DNA of 64,000 nt. It comes from Catajapyx aquilonaris. Its lineage: Eukaryota. The notes beneath the pieces were generated by a model. The model searched no databases, was not told the DNA's origin, and worked only from the letters and a program-made list of their open reading frames with translations. This document shows positions 37,901 through 49,564 of the stretch, piece by piece; position 1 is the first letter of the stretch; the number at the start of each line of letters is the position of its first letter. The stretch covers positions 1 through 64,000 of the forward strand of contig KZ538472.1 in the NCBI GenBank assembly GCA_000934665.2, given 5' to 3'. The translations under genes were made by a program, and so were the position numbers.

Positions 37901-39323
37901 ATTATCTCTTCATTATATTAGTGTGTACACAGGGTGCTTAAGAGTCACGGGTCAAGCGTGCGCGAGGGGGTGGGGAAAATCGAAGGTGGCGACTACCCGT
38001 GTCGGTTTTATAAAACAATGGGAAATACGGCAGTAATCAATTTATTTATTACGGCCGTACGGCATGACGTCACATCCTACTTTTTGTTCAAACTGAGTGG
38101 CGCGGACTGGCAAATGCAAGGCAAATGGATTGGGTTGAACCTGGTTGACGGGTTTTTAGCCTTGCGGGTTGCACTGAAAAAAAAAGGCGCTCTCATGCTA
38201 CACCGGTAGGGTACTGTACAAAGTAGTATATTACTGTACAGTAGTGTGTTCAGTACCCTGCCGGTGTAGCATGGGAGCGCCTTTTTCAGTGCAACCCGCA
38301 AGGCTAAAAACCCATCAACCAGGTTCAACTTAATGCATTTGCCTTGCATTTGCCAGTCCGCGCCACTCAGTTCGAACAGAAAGTAGGATGTGACGTCACT
38401 GGCCGTAATAAATAAATTTATTACTGCCGTATTTCTCATTGTTTTATAAAACCGACCCGGGTAGTCGCCACCTACGATTTTTCCCCACCCCCTCGCGCAC
38501 GCTTGACTCGTGACTCTGAAACACCCTGTAGTGTACTTATAATAATTAATTGGGTTGGTACATCGCCCTACATGAGCATCTGGCATAATACTGTACCTTT
38601 ATTTGCGCTATGGTGTACAAGCAAGATTTTCCATAACCCTTGGGTACAGCAGGCGAGGGAGGGTTTGCTGAGAGGGGAGATGATTGTACAGGTGCAGGTG
38701 TGGGTGCAATGTCATTTTGTGCAGTCCACTGGGTCATCAAGAGTATAATTCAGCCAAAGGATGAATCAAAGTACTTAATTCACAACCTTAATGGAATTTT
38801 TATTTCTTACTTTCCTCATACAATTTGCTAATTATATATGGCTTACAAAATGTCACACCATCTCCTTTTCTCCAAGGATCTTGGTATCTGTGACTGGACT
38901 AGAAACATGCTGTGTGTCCAATTATTATATTCTCTTTAAAAGATTTAATCTGTATACAGGAAAGGGGGTGATTCTTCACCAAACCGATTTGACAAGAGCT
39001 TGGAGGAATTTTACTCCATCTGCGACCAGATGGAGTTACATATGGTAATGCCATAAGTTAAAGTACTAACTTGTTTTGAAATCCATTAATATTACTTTTT
39101 TATTTACATTTAGAGCACAGCTATGAAATGCATCCAACAAGGCCAAAGCAGTCAGCGCTACCTCCCAGTGCCTGTGGCGTTGTGCCGACCAGATAATCCT
39201 ATGATGCAAGACACCCTCTCATATGCTCAATATGTTAGTACTGTTAAAAGTCAAGTGGCATTTACCAAGGAGATACATGACTCTCTCTTGGAAACTGTAC
39301 ATGGGATATCTCCTGGTGATTAA
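34925..39323 (+). CDS. MED29: Mediator subunit 29 (intersex homolog), ~193 aa
   Basis: Exons: 34925-35149, 36831-36892, 38960-39044, 39114-39323, GT-AG and in phase. P/Q-rich N-terminus followed by KLDNISKVKTL, RFDKSLEEFYSICDQMELH and LSYAQYVSTVKSQVAFTKEIHD, which are typical of intersex/Med29. Confidence 0.94.
35551..35745. repeat. ~195-bp imperfect palindrome in Med29 intron 1
   Basis: GACCTTTGACATCGACGATGT..ATCCTTTCAAGT and ACTTGAAAGGATGGACATCGTCGATGTCAAAGGTC. Confidence 0.75.
37331..37773. mobile_element. CAGGGTG-type MITE (Med29 intron 2)
   Basis: ~110-bp inverted arms CAGGGTGTCC.TGAATTGACCAGTCAGACCTGTACCC. Confidence 0.8.
37930..38528. mobile_element. CAGGGTG-type MITE, ~600-bp near-complete palindrome (Med29 intron 2)
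   Basis: 37930-38215 is the reverse complement of 38250-38528 with few mismatches. Confidence 0.85.
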
Positions 39324-39407
39324 AAATGATATTGTGAACAAAGTAACATGTATTCTGTTTTCTCAACATTTAAAAAATTCACATTTTACACAACACTTTT
39401 TCCCTGC

Positions 39408-42400
39408 CTATCCAAATGCTTCCTGTGATGCATAGGTGACATAGAGAAATCCATCGTCGTCCATGTAGTCTGCATATGCCTGGGCCAATGTCTTGGTCAA
39501 GTTACTCACTGTCTTATTTTGGAACATCAAGAAGAGAGACTGGTGAGAGTTGATGTGAAGGCGAGTCCTGTGGATTTGAATTATTACCATCTTGCCATTT
39601 TTATAAATGCAACATGTTCTAAGACAGGTGTCCATATCAGTTGTGATTTTTTGGCCCTTGACACTACCCTTGATTTGCAAGTAACTACTTCCCAATAGTT
39701 ATCTTTAGGAGCCATAAAAATTATTAACTGCTAGTTAAATGGTGAGCATGCCTAATAGCATATTGCACAGGTTCCAGGAAACATGACTGGGCAGGTAAGT
39801 GTGGAAAAACTACCTGCAAGGCATGGACTGTTGGGTTGTGCCTCCCTTATTCTGATCATGTGCTTATATAACTCATATCAGACTCTCCTCAGAGTCAGTG
39901 CAGGGGAAAATGCCGAAACCATGATTTACCCTCTCCCTCCCCCCTCCCATTCTGCCTCCCTAGGCCATGACCTGAAGGTTACCTTACAGGGCTAACAGTA
40001 GCTTATACAACTAATAAATCCATTACTACCGAAAATACTTTTGCTGAACCCTTGGAACAGGCCCTTGGATCCATGGGGTTTTACAGAACACAAGTTGAAG
40101 ACCACTGCTCTAGCTCAGCGGTTCCCAAACCTCATGTTCAAATTAATTATTTGTCAGAAAATGAATTTAATCTCTGATTATGTGCAGTCCTACCATTTCT
40201 CAATGAAATGGGTATAAATAAGCTATTAGATAATATAGTTAACGGACATGGACCAGTTAACAACTAAAGGACATGGCTGCAAATAAACTGAGAACCAGAA
40301 CCAAAAATTTGAAGGCTTTGGTAAGGTCTCCCCAAAGACCATTTCACAGGCATCAGAGCAACAGTAGAACCTGTAGAAATTTCAACATGGAATTCCCTCA
40401 TTGCCCCACCAAGGATCATTTCAGGCTCGACGACAATAATGGCAGGTAACAATAGGGATATTGGTGAGTGGCAAATTCAAGCAAGACAATGGCTTGGAAT
40501 TCCAAGACAATGCCTTGTTTTCATTCACTGCCTCCAGATCTCATTTCCCTGCTGCCTTCTGACCTTGTAACAGTTGGCCTGGAATGTTTGGGTGGAGTGT
40601 CCATATGTGTTGGAATTTCTACTGGTTCTAGTCTCACTCTATTGTTATCTGGACCATGGGTAGATTAAACGTCACTGAAGCCCTAGAGAATTTGTTCCTG
40701 GAATGATTTCCAACTATGTCCATATACTGTGCAGTTGACTAGTCCACTTTCGTTTGACTGAACCTTGTATACAGGGTGAAGGGAAACTCGTGGATAATCG
40801 CCAGGTAGACTGATAGTACTCGTAAAACTAACATAGGGATGTGAAATTAGTTTTGGGCTCCATTGCGTATAGTTAATGAGTACGGCGCCGTCAAAGTTTC
40901 GAGACGTCACATCCGTTCCGCCAGCTTCTAGGAAGCCAAAGTCAGTTCGAGGGCCTTGCCTTGGTCCCGTAACACATCGTCCATGTGCAAGAGGCGATCA
41001 AATTCCGTCAGAGTAAGAATCTGGGTACGGCACCCATGCACTTTGTCGTTTTTGCCTCATATTCCACCATCCGGACCTCTACACTTTAAGGGCGCCGTAA
41101 GCATTAACTACGCAACGGAGCCCAAAACTAATTGCACATCCCTATATTAATTTTGCTAGTACTATAAGTTTACCTGGCGATTGTCCGCAAGTTTCCCTTC
41201 ACCCTGTATTTCTTACAGCCTCATATCCCTGCTGAAAGTCCCTAATGCACCTCTAGTTTGGGAACCACTGCTGTCGATTTTATAATATATTTCTTATATG
41301 GCCCATACTATTCTAAAAGAGGATTCTAGTGTGGGCACTACTGGTATCGGATGATTTGGTAATATGAATCATCCACTAGTCTGGGATCAACCATTTAGGA
41401 TTTTATAATTAAAGCAAGACATCCCAAACCTTACATACACCATTCATTTGGTTTAAGTAAGTCTTATATTGAATATTGTCAGATGTGCTCTACTATACAG
41501 TTCATACATCTTAAATGATGTGCTTGGGAGTAAACCATGGCTGGTGAGAAAAATGGAATTGCAAGTACAGCAGAAATAGCAGTTACCAATCCTCATACAT
41601 TCACTAAATAGCTCATGAGATGGTGCAATGGATTTATTTTTATGCATAAACTACATTTTGTGTATTTGGCAGTTTACCATGATTTGGAATTCCTCAATTA
41701 TATTAAACCAGTGCAGTGGACTACACGATTGCCAGCCTAATGAAAAAGTAACATCTGCACATTGAGAAAAGGTCAGGCAATTCAAAGGAAAACATAACCT
41801 TTTCACATAGTGCAGATGTGACTTTTTTTTTTGGTAGCACAGCAGAACAGTTTTCAATTATTCAGTTGCGGCTATAATTCTATGACATGACTTTGCAGCA
41901 AATGTGTAATGCTTGCTAATACTACTGTATGATGTATGTGTGTATTTCTAAAATTTGGGGCACAACATATAAACACACCTGAGAATGTTGAGGAACTGTG
42001 ACACGGTAATATCCAGAGGGACGAGGAACTTGGTCTTCTCTAGTACAGGCAAGAGGGTTTCCTTTTTGTAACGCTCCACAACAATCTGAAGAAGATAACG
42101 ATGCATATTTTAAGGCAGAAATACTGGAAATGATCACTGAGTTATGGCAAACCACTGATCACAAACGACCTGTGTCAATCTCACAAAGGCCAAAGAAATT
42201 GATTGGACATGATAAAAGGTCACCTAAAAGTGGGAGGGGCTGAGGAAATTCAGCTGTTACCACGGCAACTGGCCACTGGCATGAGGTGTCACACAGATTG
42301 TTGACTTTTGCTCAGAGATGCTCCATCTATTTGTTCTACACACACACACTTGTCTGTAGCCTATCTCCCTATGATTAGGTGATTCAACTACTAACTTAAC

Positions 42401-43034
42401 GTAGAGCTTCATTATCAGTTGCTTTCCAGATATCTGGGAAACAAGTTTCCTCATTTTGGCTTTAAACTACAGTAATTACAAATTAGTAAATTGGTTGCAT
42501 AAACAAAAGTATTGAACATGTTTGTCATCAGTTGATAAGGTTTTAAATAACACAATATGACATAAGTGATTAAAAAATAAATGAAATGGGGTCATGACAA
42601 AGTACATTCCAGCAGGAATAATATTCAAGTGAAATCAATGTTTTCTTTCCTAGTAGTTACTGGTATCAGTAGCAATGGCAGCAATATAGTGGTAGCTTAA
42701 TTATATTGTTTTATGATCAGCAACACTAGCACAACAAGCATCTCTGACTGCTGGTGATGTCAGAAAACTATCTTGACATGAAAATAGACAATGTAATTGT
42801 TCTTACTGGAATTTTTCCTGGGTATTTTTCCCTGATAAGACTAACTTCTTCCTTTCGGGCAGCTGAAAATGTAAAGAAAACATATTCAGAATTTCCTTAC
42901 ATTGAAAGAGTAACTTTGATTATAATTATTTAATAGTCATCGTAAAATACTACTTTACCAAAACTCTTCCTCTCTTTGAAACACAAGTTATGCATCCCAT
43001 TCTGAAGGATCTTGTCGTCTGAGTTTGAGTTCAT
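39408..43034 (-). CDS. MAP1LC3C: Atg8-family ubiquitin-like protein, LC3 subfamily (MAP1LC3C-like), 132 aa
   Basis: Exons (minus): 42959-43034, 42807-42862, 41979-42085, 39408-39567. Protein: ...[49 protein letters not shown]...DDDGFLYVTYASQEAFG*. Confidence 0.9.
40772..41206. mobile_element. MITE family E (LC3 intron), inside a hAT-ended element (~40116-41270)
   Basis: Same TIRs and body as 30324, with a TA TSD. Confidence 0.88.
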
Positions 43035-43379
43035 CTTCACAATGCGACTGCCTGCAATAATCACAAAAGGACTTACATTTTCTTTGCATTCTGCTATCTC
43101 CTGGAAAGCACTAAGGAGGAATTGCAAAACGTCTGCTAAATCAAATGCACACCTTAAATCCCGGTCTGGGCGACTCCAAAGGAGAAGATGTTCCTCAGTC
43201 TCAGCAATCACTTGTAACTGCGCACGTATGGAACACGTCAGTCTCAGCCGGGTCCTACTGTCAGCTGGGAATGCCTAGCATGAAAAGCACGATTCTCAGT
43301 GTGGGCTAGAACAAACGGATTTGGAACGAGAATGGCATTTATCACACCAGATTCGCTGACAAATAGAATGATGACTACA

Positions 43380-43480
43380 CGTACGTCTGACCAATCTGAC
43401 AGCGTCAAGCTCTGACCAATCAACGCGTTGCGGTTACCAAGTGACAGGCGCCATCGTGGGCGCCATTGTTTCCTTTGTGG
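43380..43480. promoter_or_regulatory. Putative LC3 promoter with tandem CCAAT boxes
   Basis: TCTGACCAATC occurs twice (~43386 and ~43411) and GCGCCAT twice (~43448 and ~43460), upstream of the LC3 ATG. A DRE-like TATCGATA lies at ~43863. Confidence 0.4.
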
Positions 43481-43529
43481 ACTAAACGGTGTCTCAACAA
43501 AGACATTATACTCGATATAGAGGGCAATA

Positions 43530-43635
43530 AGTTGGTGTACCGCCTATCATACCGCAGCGCTCCACCCATAAGGTCCCGAGTTCGATCTCCGGAACGGACA
43601 GACTAATCTCTGACACGGCAAGAGCTTCGATGGGT
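43530..43635 (+). mobile_element. Degenerate SINE family D-like head fragment
   Basis: CCGCAGC..TCCACC..TAAGGTCCCGAGTTCGATCTCCGG..CGGAC...GAGCTTCGATGGGTT..CCGTATTCGC resembles the 5' part of 30910-31191. Confidence 0.5.
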
Positions 43636-44060
43636 TGTATCCCGTATTCGCCGAAGATAATATTTTGAATCATTTTTAATAATCTGGAAAAGTATAGCAA
43701 GTGCACACACACAAAGGAACTTCTTAAGCAGCTTAGTGAAGAAAATAGCTGACCAGCATTGCGCACAATTCAATGTATTATTGGGCTAGAAGGAGCCGTG
43801 GCCAACCACAGCGAATGCCGTTACATCGTGCCAATCGTGGGACCGGGGATGTAACTCGAGAATATCGATATATATCGATCATCGTATTGTTGCGGAAACG
43901 CAGCAGTTAGTTACAGACCCCCTTTAATAGCCCCTAGGTTGCTAGACCGGCTCGGATCTTGGTGAAAATAATCACAAATATACTGCATTTATTGCATTTA
44001 CTAATACACTGTCTATTAGTAAATGCAGTATATCGCAAACACTGTGCCTGACAACACAAT

Positions 44061-44304
44061 AGGGCTCAGCGCCAAACATGACTAACCCTCACAGAAAAAA
44101 GTCTAGAAAATGTTGATTAAATGTTAATGAGAGCTTTCCACAAATCAAGAATGTAGCAGCAAGAATTCCAATTATTACCATCCAGAACGAGAGAGTGGCT
44201 TAGTCACGTTTGCCGGCAGAAAAGTTGCTGTTACTGATTCAGAAAACGCGCCTAAAGCCATTTACCGCCCTCAAGAGGCTTAGTCATGTTTGGAGCTGAG
44301 CCCT
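44061..44304. mobile_element. Harbinger-type MITE
   Basis: AGGGCTCAGC.CCAAACATGACTAA and TTAGTCATGTTTGG.GCTGAGCCCT. Confidence 0.7.
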
Positions 44305-44603
44305 TCAATTCTAAGTGCAGATTTGGAATCAGGGCGAAATGTACTATAAGAACCACGACTATTCACATCTTCAGAAAGAGAAAAATGGTTTTTTGTAGAA
44401 GAGTGAAATTAACTGTATATCTGCAAAACATGTCTTTTATTTTCTCGCGAACCATGCATGACCCAGGCCTGAACCTTATGTCGGTCACAACTACTAGTGT
44501 CACCCAATATGACTGATGTACCGCAAATACATCACTAATAAATATATTGTCGAGGTCACCATTCTTGGGCATGTGACTGAGCAAGTGACCAATGAAATCT
44601 GAA

Positions 44604-44952
44604 CGGGGGAGGTGTGGTGGCCGTGATGGTAACGTCACGGCTTGCTGAGCGAAAGGCCCCAGGTTCGATCCCCGCCTGGGGAACTTTCCTTTCGCCTGCG
44701 TCAGGAGGGTCTCTGACCTGCACCAAGGAGGTGTCTGGCAACCTAACCTCCTGGGGGACAGCACATGACCCAGTTGTTGACATTGCACTTGCACCTACGT
44801 TCCCTCCCCAAAAATCCCTTCCCCTACCCGACATCCTTGACTCCTTGCACCGGTGTATGAAGAAAAGTGTGTATACACATAGAAAACTGATGGTGGTGAG
44901 CCACCCCCCTATAGGGCTTAGGGCCCACAACGGGGTACATAATTAATTAATT
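44604..44952 (+). mobile_element. SINE family B, full length
   Basis: tRNA-like head, (AATT)n tail and a 13-bp TSD AATGAAATCTGAA at 44591 and 44953. Confidence 0.88.
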
Positions 44953-44997
44953 AATGAAATCTGAATGAAATGCTGTAAATTTATATTTACATTTTAA

Positions 44998-45092
44998 ACC
45001 GAAGCAGTAGTGGTGTAGTGGATATGGTGTCCGACTGCTAATCGGGAGGTCCTGGGTTCGAGTCCCGGAGGCCGGCGGTCCTGACCGTGTGT
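44998..45092 (+). mobile_element. SINE family C, head only
   Basis: ACCGAAGCAG...GTGGATATGGTGTCCGACTGCTAATCGGGAGGTCCTGGGTTCGAGTCCCGG; truncated at the neighbouring minus-strand SINE. Confidence 0.7.
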
Positions 45093-45104
45093 GTTTTTTT
45101 TTTA

Positions 45105-45388
45105 AATTTACCCCGTGATAGAGCCAGTGGCTCTCTTAGGGGGGAAGGGGGTGGTTCCCTAGGGAGGGCGCTGAAATTTTTAGTCATTTCTGACTTATGA
45201 AAACACCAGACCTTTTCTCCTGGCCCTGGGCAGAGTATGGAGTGCAATTCTGCCCCGGCTTGTCGGGTGAAAAGCGGAAAAAGACCCGGCCAAGCAGAGG
45301 TGACGGGGACGGGATTTGAACCTGGATTTTGTTTTATTAGCCTCCCGCTTGGCTGGCCAACGGCGTAACCGCTAGACCACCATGACCC
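45105..45388 (-). mobile_element. tRNA-headed SINE of a further family, with the shared CACGGGGTA tail
   Basis: Minus strand reads GGGTCATGGTGGTCTAGCGGTTA...GGTTCAAATCCC...CCCCTAAGAGAGCCACTGGCTCTATCACGGGGTA. Confidence 0.7.
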
Positions 45389-45700
45389 AGGGACGGGGGT
45401 GGGATATTCTCCCAAGCACCCCGTCCGACCAAGAAATGCGAGTCAGGTCCGAGGACCTCTCGAGGAAGAGAGTACCGTCGCTGGCGAACCAGCCGGGACC
45501 TCATACAACCTCATGATTAATGAGTGTAATAACGAGAGGAGGGCTGGCCCCGGCTGTACTGCAATGCCGGGTCCAACCCAGGGACGGGGGTGGGATATTC
45601 TCCCAAGCACCCCGTCCAACCAAGAAATGCGAGTCAGGTCCGAGGACCGCTCGAGGAAGAGAGTACCGTCGCTGGCGAACCAGACGGGCCTCATACAACC
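45386..45700. repeat. Direct repeat of a ~125-bp GC-rich unit (45386-45510, 45577-45700)
   Basis: CCCAGGGACGGGGGTGGGATATTCTCCCAAGCACCCCGTCC...CCTCATACAACC occurs twice, separated by a 66-bp spacer. Confidence 0.9.
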
Positions 45701-46267
45701 ATTGTATTATTGCCGTGAACCACCACTACTTATTGGGTTGATCTTCCCTTGCTCGTCTGCGACATTTCCCTATACTACTGTAATAACGGAATTAGAGTGG
45801 TATATTTTGCAATATTACAGAACATTATACACACAGTCACAACAATACTATAATTATGTCCTCAGGTGTTGTATGTTCGTGGGGGGGGGGGGGGGGGGGG
45901 GGGCACCANGGGGACGCCCGAAGCGAAAAAAGAAAAAAAGAAAAAGAAACGTCACACGTCGGCGACGACTCTATAACATTTAATACCATCACAAAGCAGT
46001 AAAACTAAATCTCAACAGCTCAAATAAGAAATATATTATTTCCTAGGACAATACTAGTGTCCTGTAACAATACCAGAAAACCCAATTAAACAAAATATTT
46101 TCAAAGCAACGCAACGGAGGTAGTTTACGTCGTAGGTGTTACACCGAAATGAAATGCCAGAGAGACAGCAATAGCCTGTACTAACTTTACTCTTAGGTAT
46201 AGCTATGGAATAATTAACATCACATTATTGGTTAGACGTCGGTGTATAAAATTCGGTTAGGGTTAAT

Positions 46268-46547
46268 AATAATTCATACCCCGTTATCAGCCATCGGCTC
46301 TTTAGGAGGGAAGTTTGTTTTGCCTGGAACTCTTTGCTTTCATTTTACTGTGCTCTTTGGGATAGGATATAGGGACGGAAGGAAGCGGCTGTGGCCTATT
46401 AATTACGGAAGCAACTCCGGAATTTCCCTGAAAGGACCGTGGGAAACCACAGAAAACCACGGTCAGAGTTGCCGGCCCCGGGATTCGAACCCAGGACCTC
46501 CCGATTAGCAGTCGGACGCCTTATCCACTATGCCAACCTGCTTCGGT
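46268..46547 (-). mobile_element. tRNA(Ser-GCT-like)-headed SINE family C
   Basis: 13-bp TSD GGTTAGGGTTAAT at 46255 and 46548; nearly identical to 54121-54459. Confidence 0.88.
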
Positions 46548-46683
46548 GGTTAGGGTTAATTTGAATTGATATCACATAACGCCTAAACTTTGTGTGTAAT
46601 TTTAGGAATTAATTAGAAGCTTATTAGCGGGATAGATAACGTGTTAGGCTACAAAACATCCACATCTTCCCAACCTGCGAGTA

Positions 46684-47025
46684 CAGTGGAGCCTCGATTA
46701 TCCGAACACCGATCAACCGAAACCTCGGTTAACCGAAAGCGTTCGAGTCGGCAAATTCAAATTTGCGCGCGAGATTTAACGGCAAAAAAAAACTAGTCTC
46801 AGCTCTGAAGCAAAAGAAAATACAGTACATGTATTGGACTTCTTTTCCTAAACTGTAGGCCTACTTTAATGTATGCAGTGTACTGTATACTACTTTATGT
46901 AAGGTATAATTATGTATTTTAAGACGTGACTATGATACAAAATATACAGAATTTCGGTTACCCGAAAAATCAGTTATCCGAACACCCCCAGTCCCCCATT
47001 CTTTCGGATAATCGAGGCTCCACTG
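46684..47025. mobile_element. pogo/Tigger-type MITE
   Basis: TA-CAGTGGAGCCTCGATTATCCGAA...TTCGGATAATCGAGGCTCCACTG-TA. Confidence 0.85.
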
Positions 47026-48221
47026 TATAAACATACGATTTCATACCAAACACGATCGTGTAGCAGAAATGTTAATTTTTCGCATTTTGGCGGCCATGTT
47101 TAATGTTAAATATGATAAATTAGGCTTTTAAAATATTTTATATCACAATTATTGAGATTTAAACTTCAATTTCTGTGAAAATAACATGATATGCAATATA
47201 AATAACTATAAAAATTGAGCGGAATTCCGAAGTAGATGTTTCTTCATTGCCACCATTTTTAAGAATTAATTACAGGCTAATTAGAGCCTTAAAACTTGGG
47301 GTCTGGGGCTTTTTACATTCAGGAACGGATGTAGTATCTGCTCCGTAAAGGGCATCTTCTCCGCCAGAACTGAAATATTGTGTCACTATTTTGAACTTTC
47401 CAACCCCACTAATTGCTTATGATCTCATTATACTGTAGGAATAACCGCCGTTAAAAATATCGATAGACAAAATATAATTTTGAGAGTGATCTATTATTTT
47501 AAAATCTAGGAGCAGGTATAGGAAAAACAGTCCTACATTTACTGTGACGTTTTTGTCGGCCTGTGTGTAGCTACTACATAAGTCCCAAACTTAATTTTCA
47601 AGCACAACTTTAAACTGACGGCATTATTCTGCCAAATTTTGACGTAATTATACCTATACAACATGAGAGGCACCTTCTTCCAAAACCCGACAAATCCAAT
47701 TTCCAAAAAAAAATGAGTTAAGGGTGGAAATATGTTCTTCAAGATGTGTTTCATCACGTCACGACAAAATATTCAGCAAACATCGACAAATGCGGGTGTA
47801 ATGGCCCCAAGAAAAGTGGCCGATCATGCAAAACCCGACAAATCCAGCGTGAACAGCTCTAGTTGGCCTAGCTGGGATATCTTTCGTACTCACTTGTCAG
47901 ACAAATCCATCTCTAAGCTACACATGGCACCACAGTGAGTCGTGCTTCCTCCCGTACGCGTTCTTTGTCAAGGCAGTCGTCTGGCAGTCAGACTACATAG
48001 GTTCCTGCTCCAAGATGTACGTGCCGGACGAACCCGTGGCGGGACCCAGGTAAATGAAAACTCTATACATAAAAATACCAGTTATGCTGGTAATGCTGTT
48101 ATGATACGTGACTGAAATATTCACAATGATTATCATAATCACTCCGACTCCGCTTCACACCACTTTCAGCCACGACCCTGAAGCTGATGTTCCTGTAATG
48201 GAGTCACCACTGGGTTTTCAA

Positions 48222-48977
48222 AGGATGAGGCACAAAATATATGGGCGAGTGGCCTTCCGTTCGATTTGCCTGAAAATGGGATATGTTGTAGCCCAGACCA
48301 TCCTGATCAATGTTGGATAGGGCCATTTCGAGGTAGGACCTACAGGGAGCATGCTAGTGACCTCCGAAGGTAATAGGGGGAGTAGTAGACTACAATAAGT
48401 CTCAGGAACTCAATGGTAAATGGCATGAAATTATCTATTAATCTTACTACCTATTCATCTGGTTCAAATTCTACTCCTTGAAGGTTGTCATCTGGAGTTT
48501 CCTCCAGCTGCACTTCAACATTCATTGGGTCAATGTAAAGAAGCGAGGTTTCTCTCACAGCAGTCTTCTAGCCTCTTCGATGAATAGCAATTAGCATGCT
48601 CCCTGTAGGTCCTACTTCGAAATGTCCCTATCCAACATTGATCAGGATGGTCTGGGCTGCAACATATCCCATTTTCAGCCAAATCGAACGGAAACTAGAT
48701 CATATCCCATATGACCTTCGGAGGTCAATAGCATGCTCCCTGTAGGTCCTACCTCGAAATGTCCCTATCCAACATTGATCAGGATGGTCTGGGCTACAAC
48801 ATATCCCATTTTCAGGCAAATCGAACGGAAGGCCACTCGCCCATACCCAGGTAGCACAAAAAGTTGAGCCAATATTGGAGCCAATATTGGCCCAATATCT
48901 AAGATATTAGGCCAACATTCGTCCAATATTGGCCCAACTTTTTGTGCTACCTGGGTATATTTTGTGCCTCATCCTCA
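48222..48977. mobile_element. Long-TIR MITE with a duplicated right arm and a nested CCCAGGTAGCACA mini-element (48846-48956)
   Basis: 48222-48375 is inverted relative to both 48590-48693 and 48712-48845. The terminal TATTTTGTGCCTCATCCT is displaced by a TA-flanked palindrome. Confidence 0.75.
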
Positions 48978-49241
48978 ATGTTGCAAAAACCGCCAAATCC
49001 ACTCTCTTTGCAGCAAAAATCGATATATCCACAACGACTATTCCTGAAACTACGACTTGACGATGTTCATCATTTTCTTGTAAAAGCTCATCATATGCAG
49101 CATCCACATATGTAGCAGATGGACTTGGGCCGGTCTATAGTAATATTAATTAGCTTCGGCACCACAGCTTTTTCTCAATTATCTCGGAACCATTTATCTA
49201 GGATTTATCGGGTTTTGGAAGAAGGCGCCTCGTACAGTATA

Positions 49242-49564
49242 CAGGGTGTCTCATCTTTTTTGTCCCAACAGTTATCGGAAAATTGCGCGTAGCTGCTACT
49301 TTTTAAGCAGTGACTTGCAAACGGTGATTTTTCGGAGGAACGGGTACTAATATTCCCTGTGAATCGTAGGTTGAGGTGGCATACTGCTGCCCGCTGAAAA
49401 TTGAGGGTCAAGCCTGGAAAAAAGAGGGTCACACATGCCATGGGATGTGTGACCCTCTTTTTCCCCATTCCTCCGACAAATCACCGGTTGCAAGTCACTG
49501 CTTAAAAGTAGCAGCTATGCGAAATTTTCCGATAACTGTTCGGACAAAAAGATGAGACACCCTG
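49242..49564. mobile_element. CAGGGTG-type MITE
   Basis: TA-CAGGGTGTCTCATCTTTTT...AAAAAGATGAGACACCCTG-TA with ~95-bp arms. Confidence 0.85.

Noticed and set aside
45399..45983. 194-aa ORF over the tandem repeat
   Set aside because: Produced by a GC-rich repeat and homopolymer runs; no domain features.
46255..46267. GGTTAGGGTTA telomere-like motif occurring twice
   Set aside because: It is the target-site duplication of a SINE, not a telomeric array.
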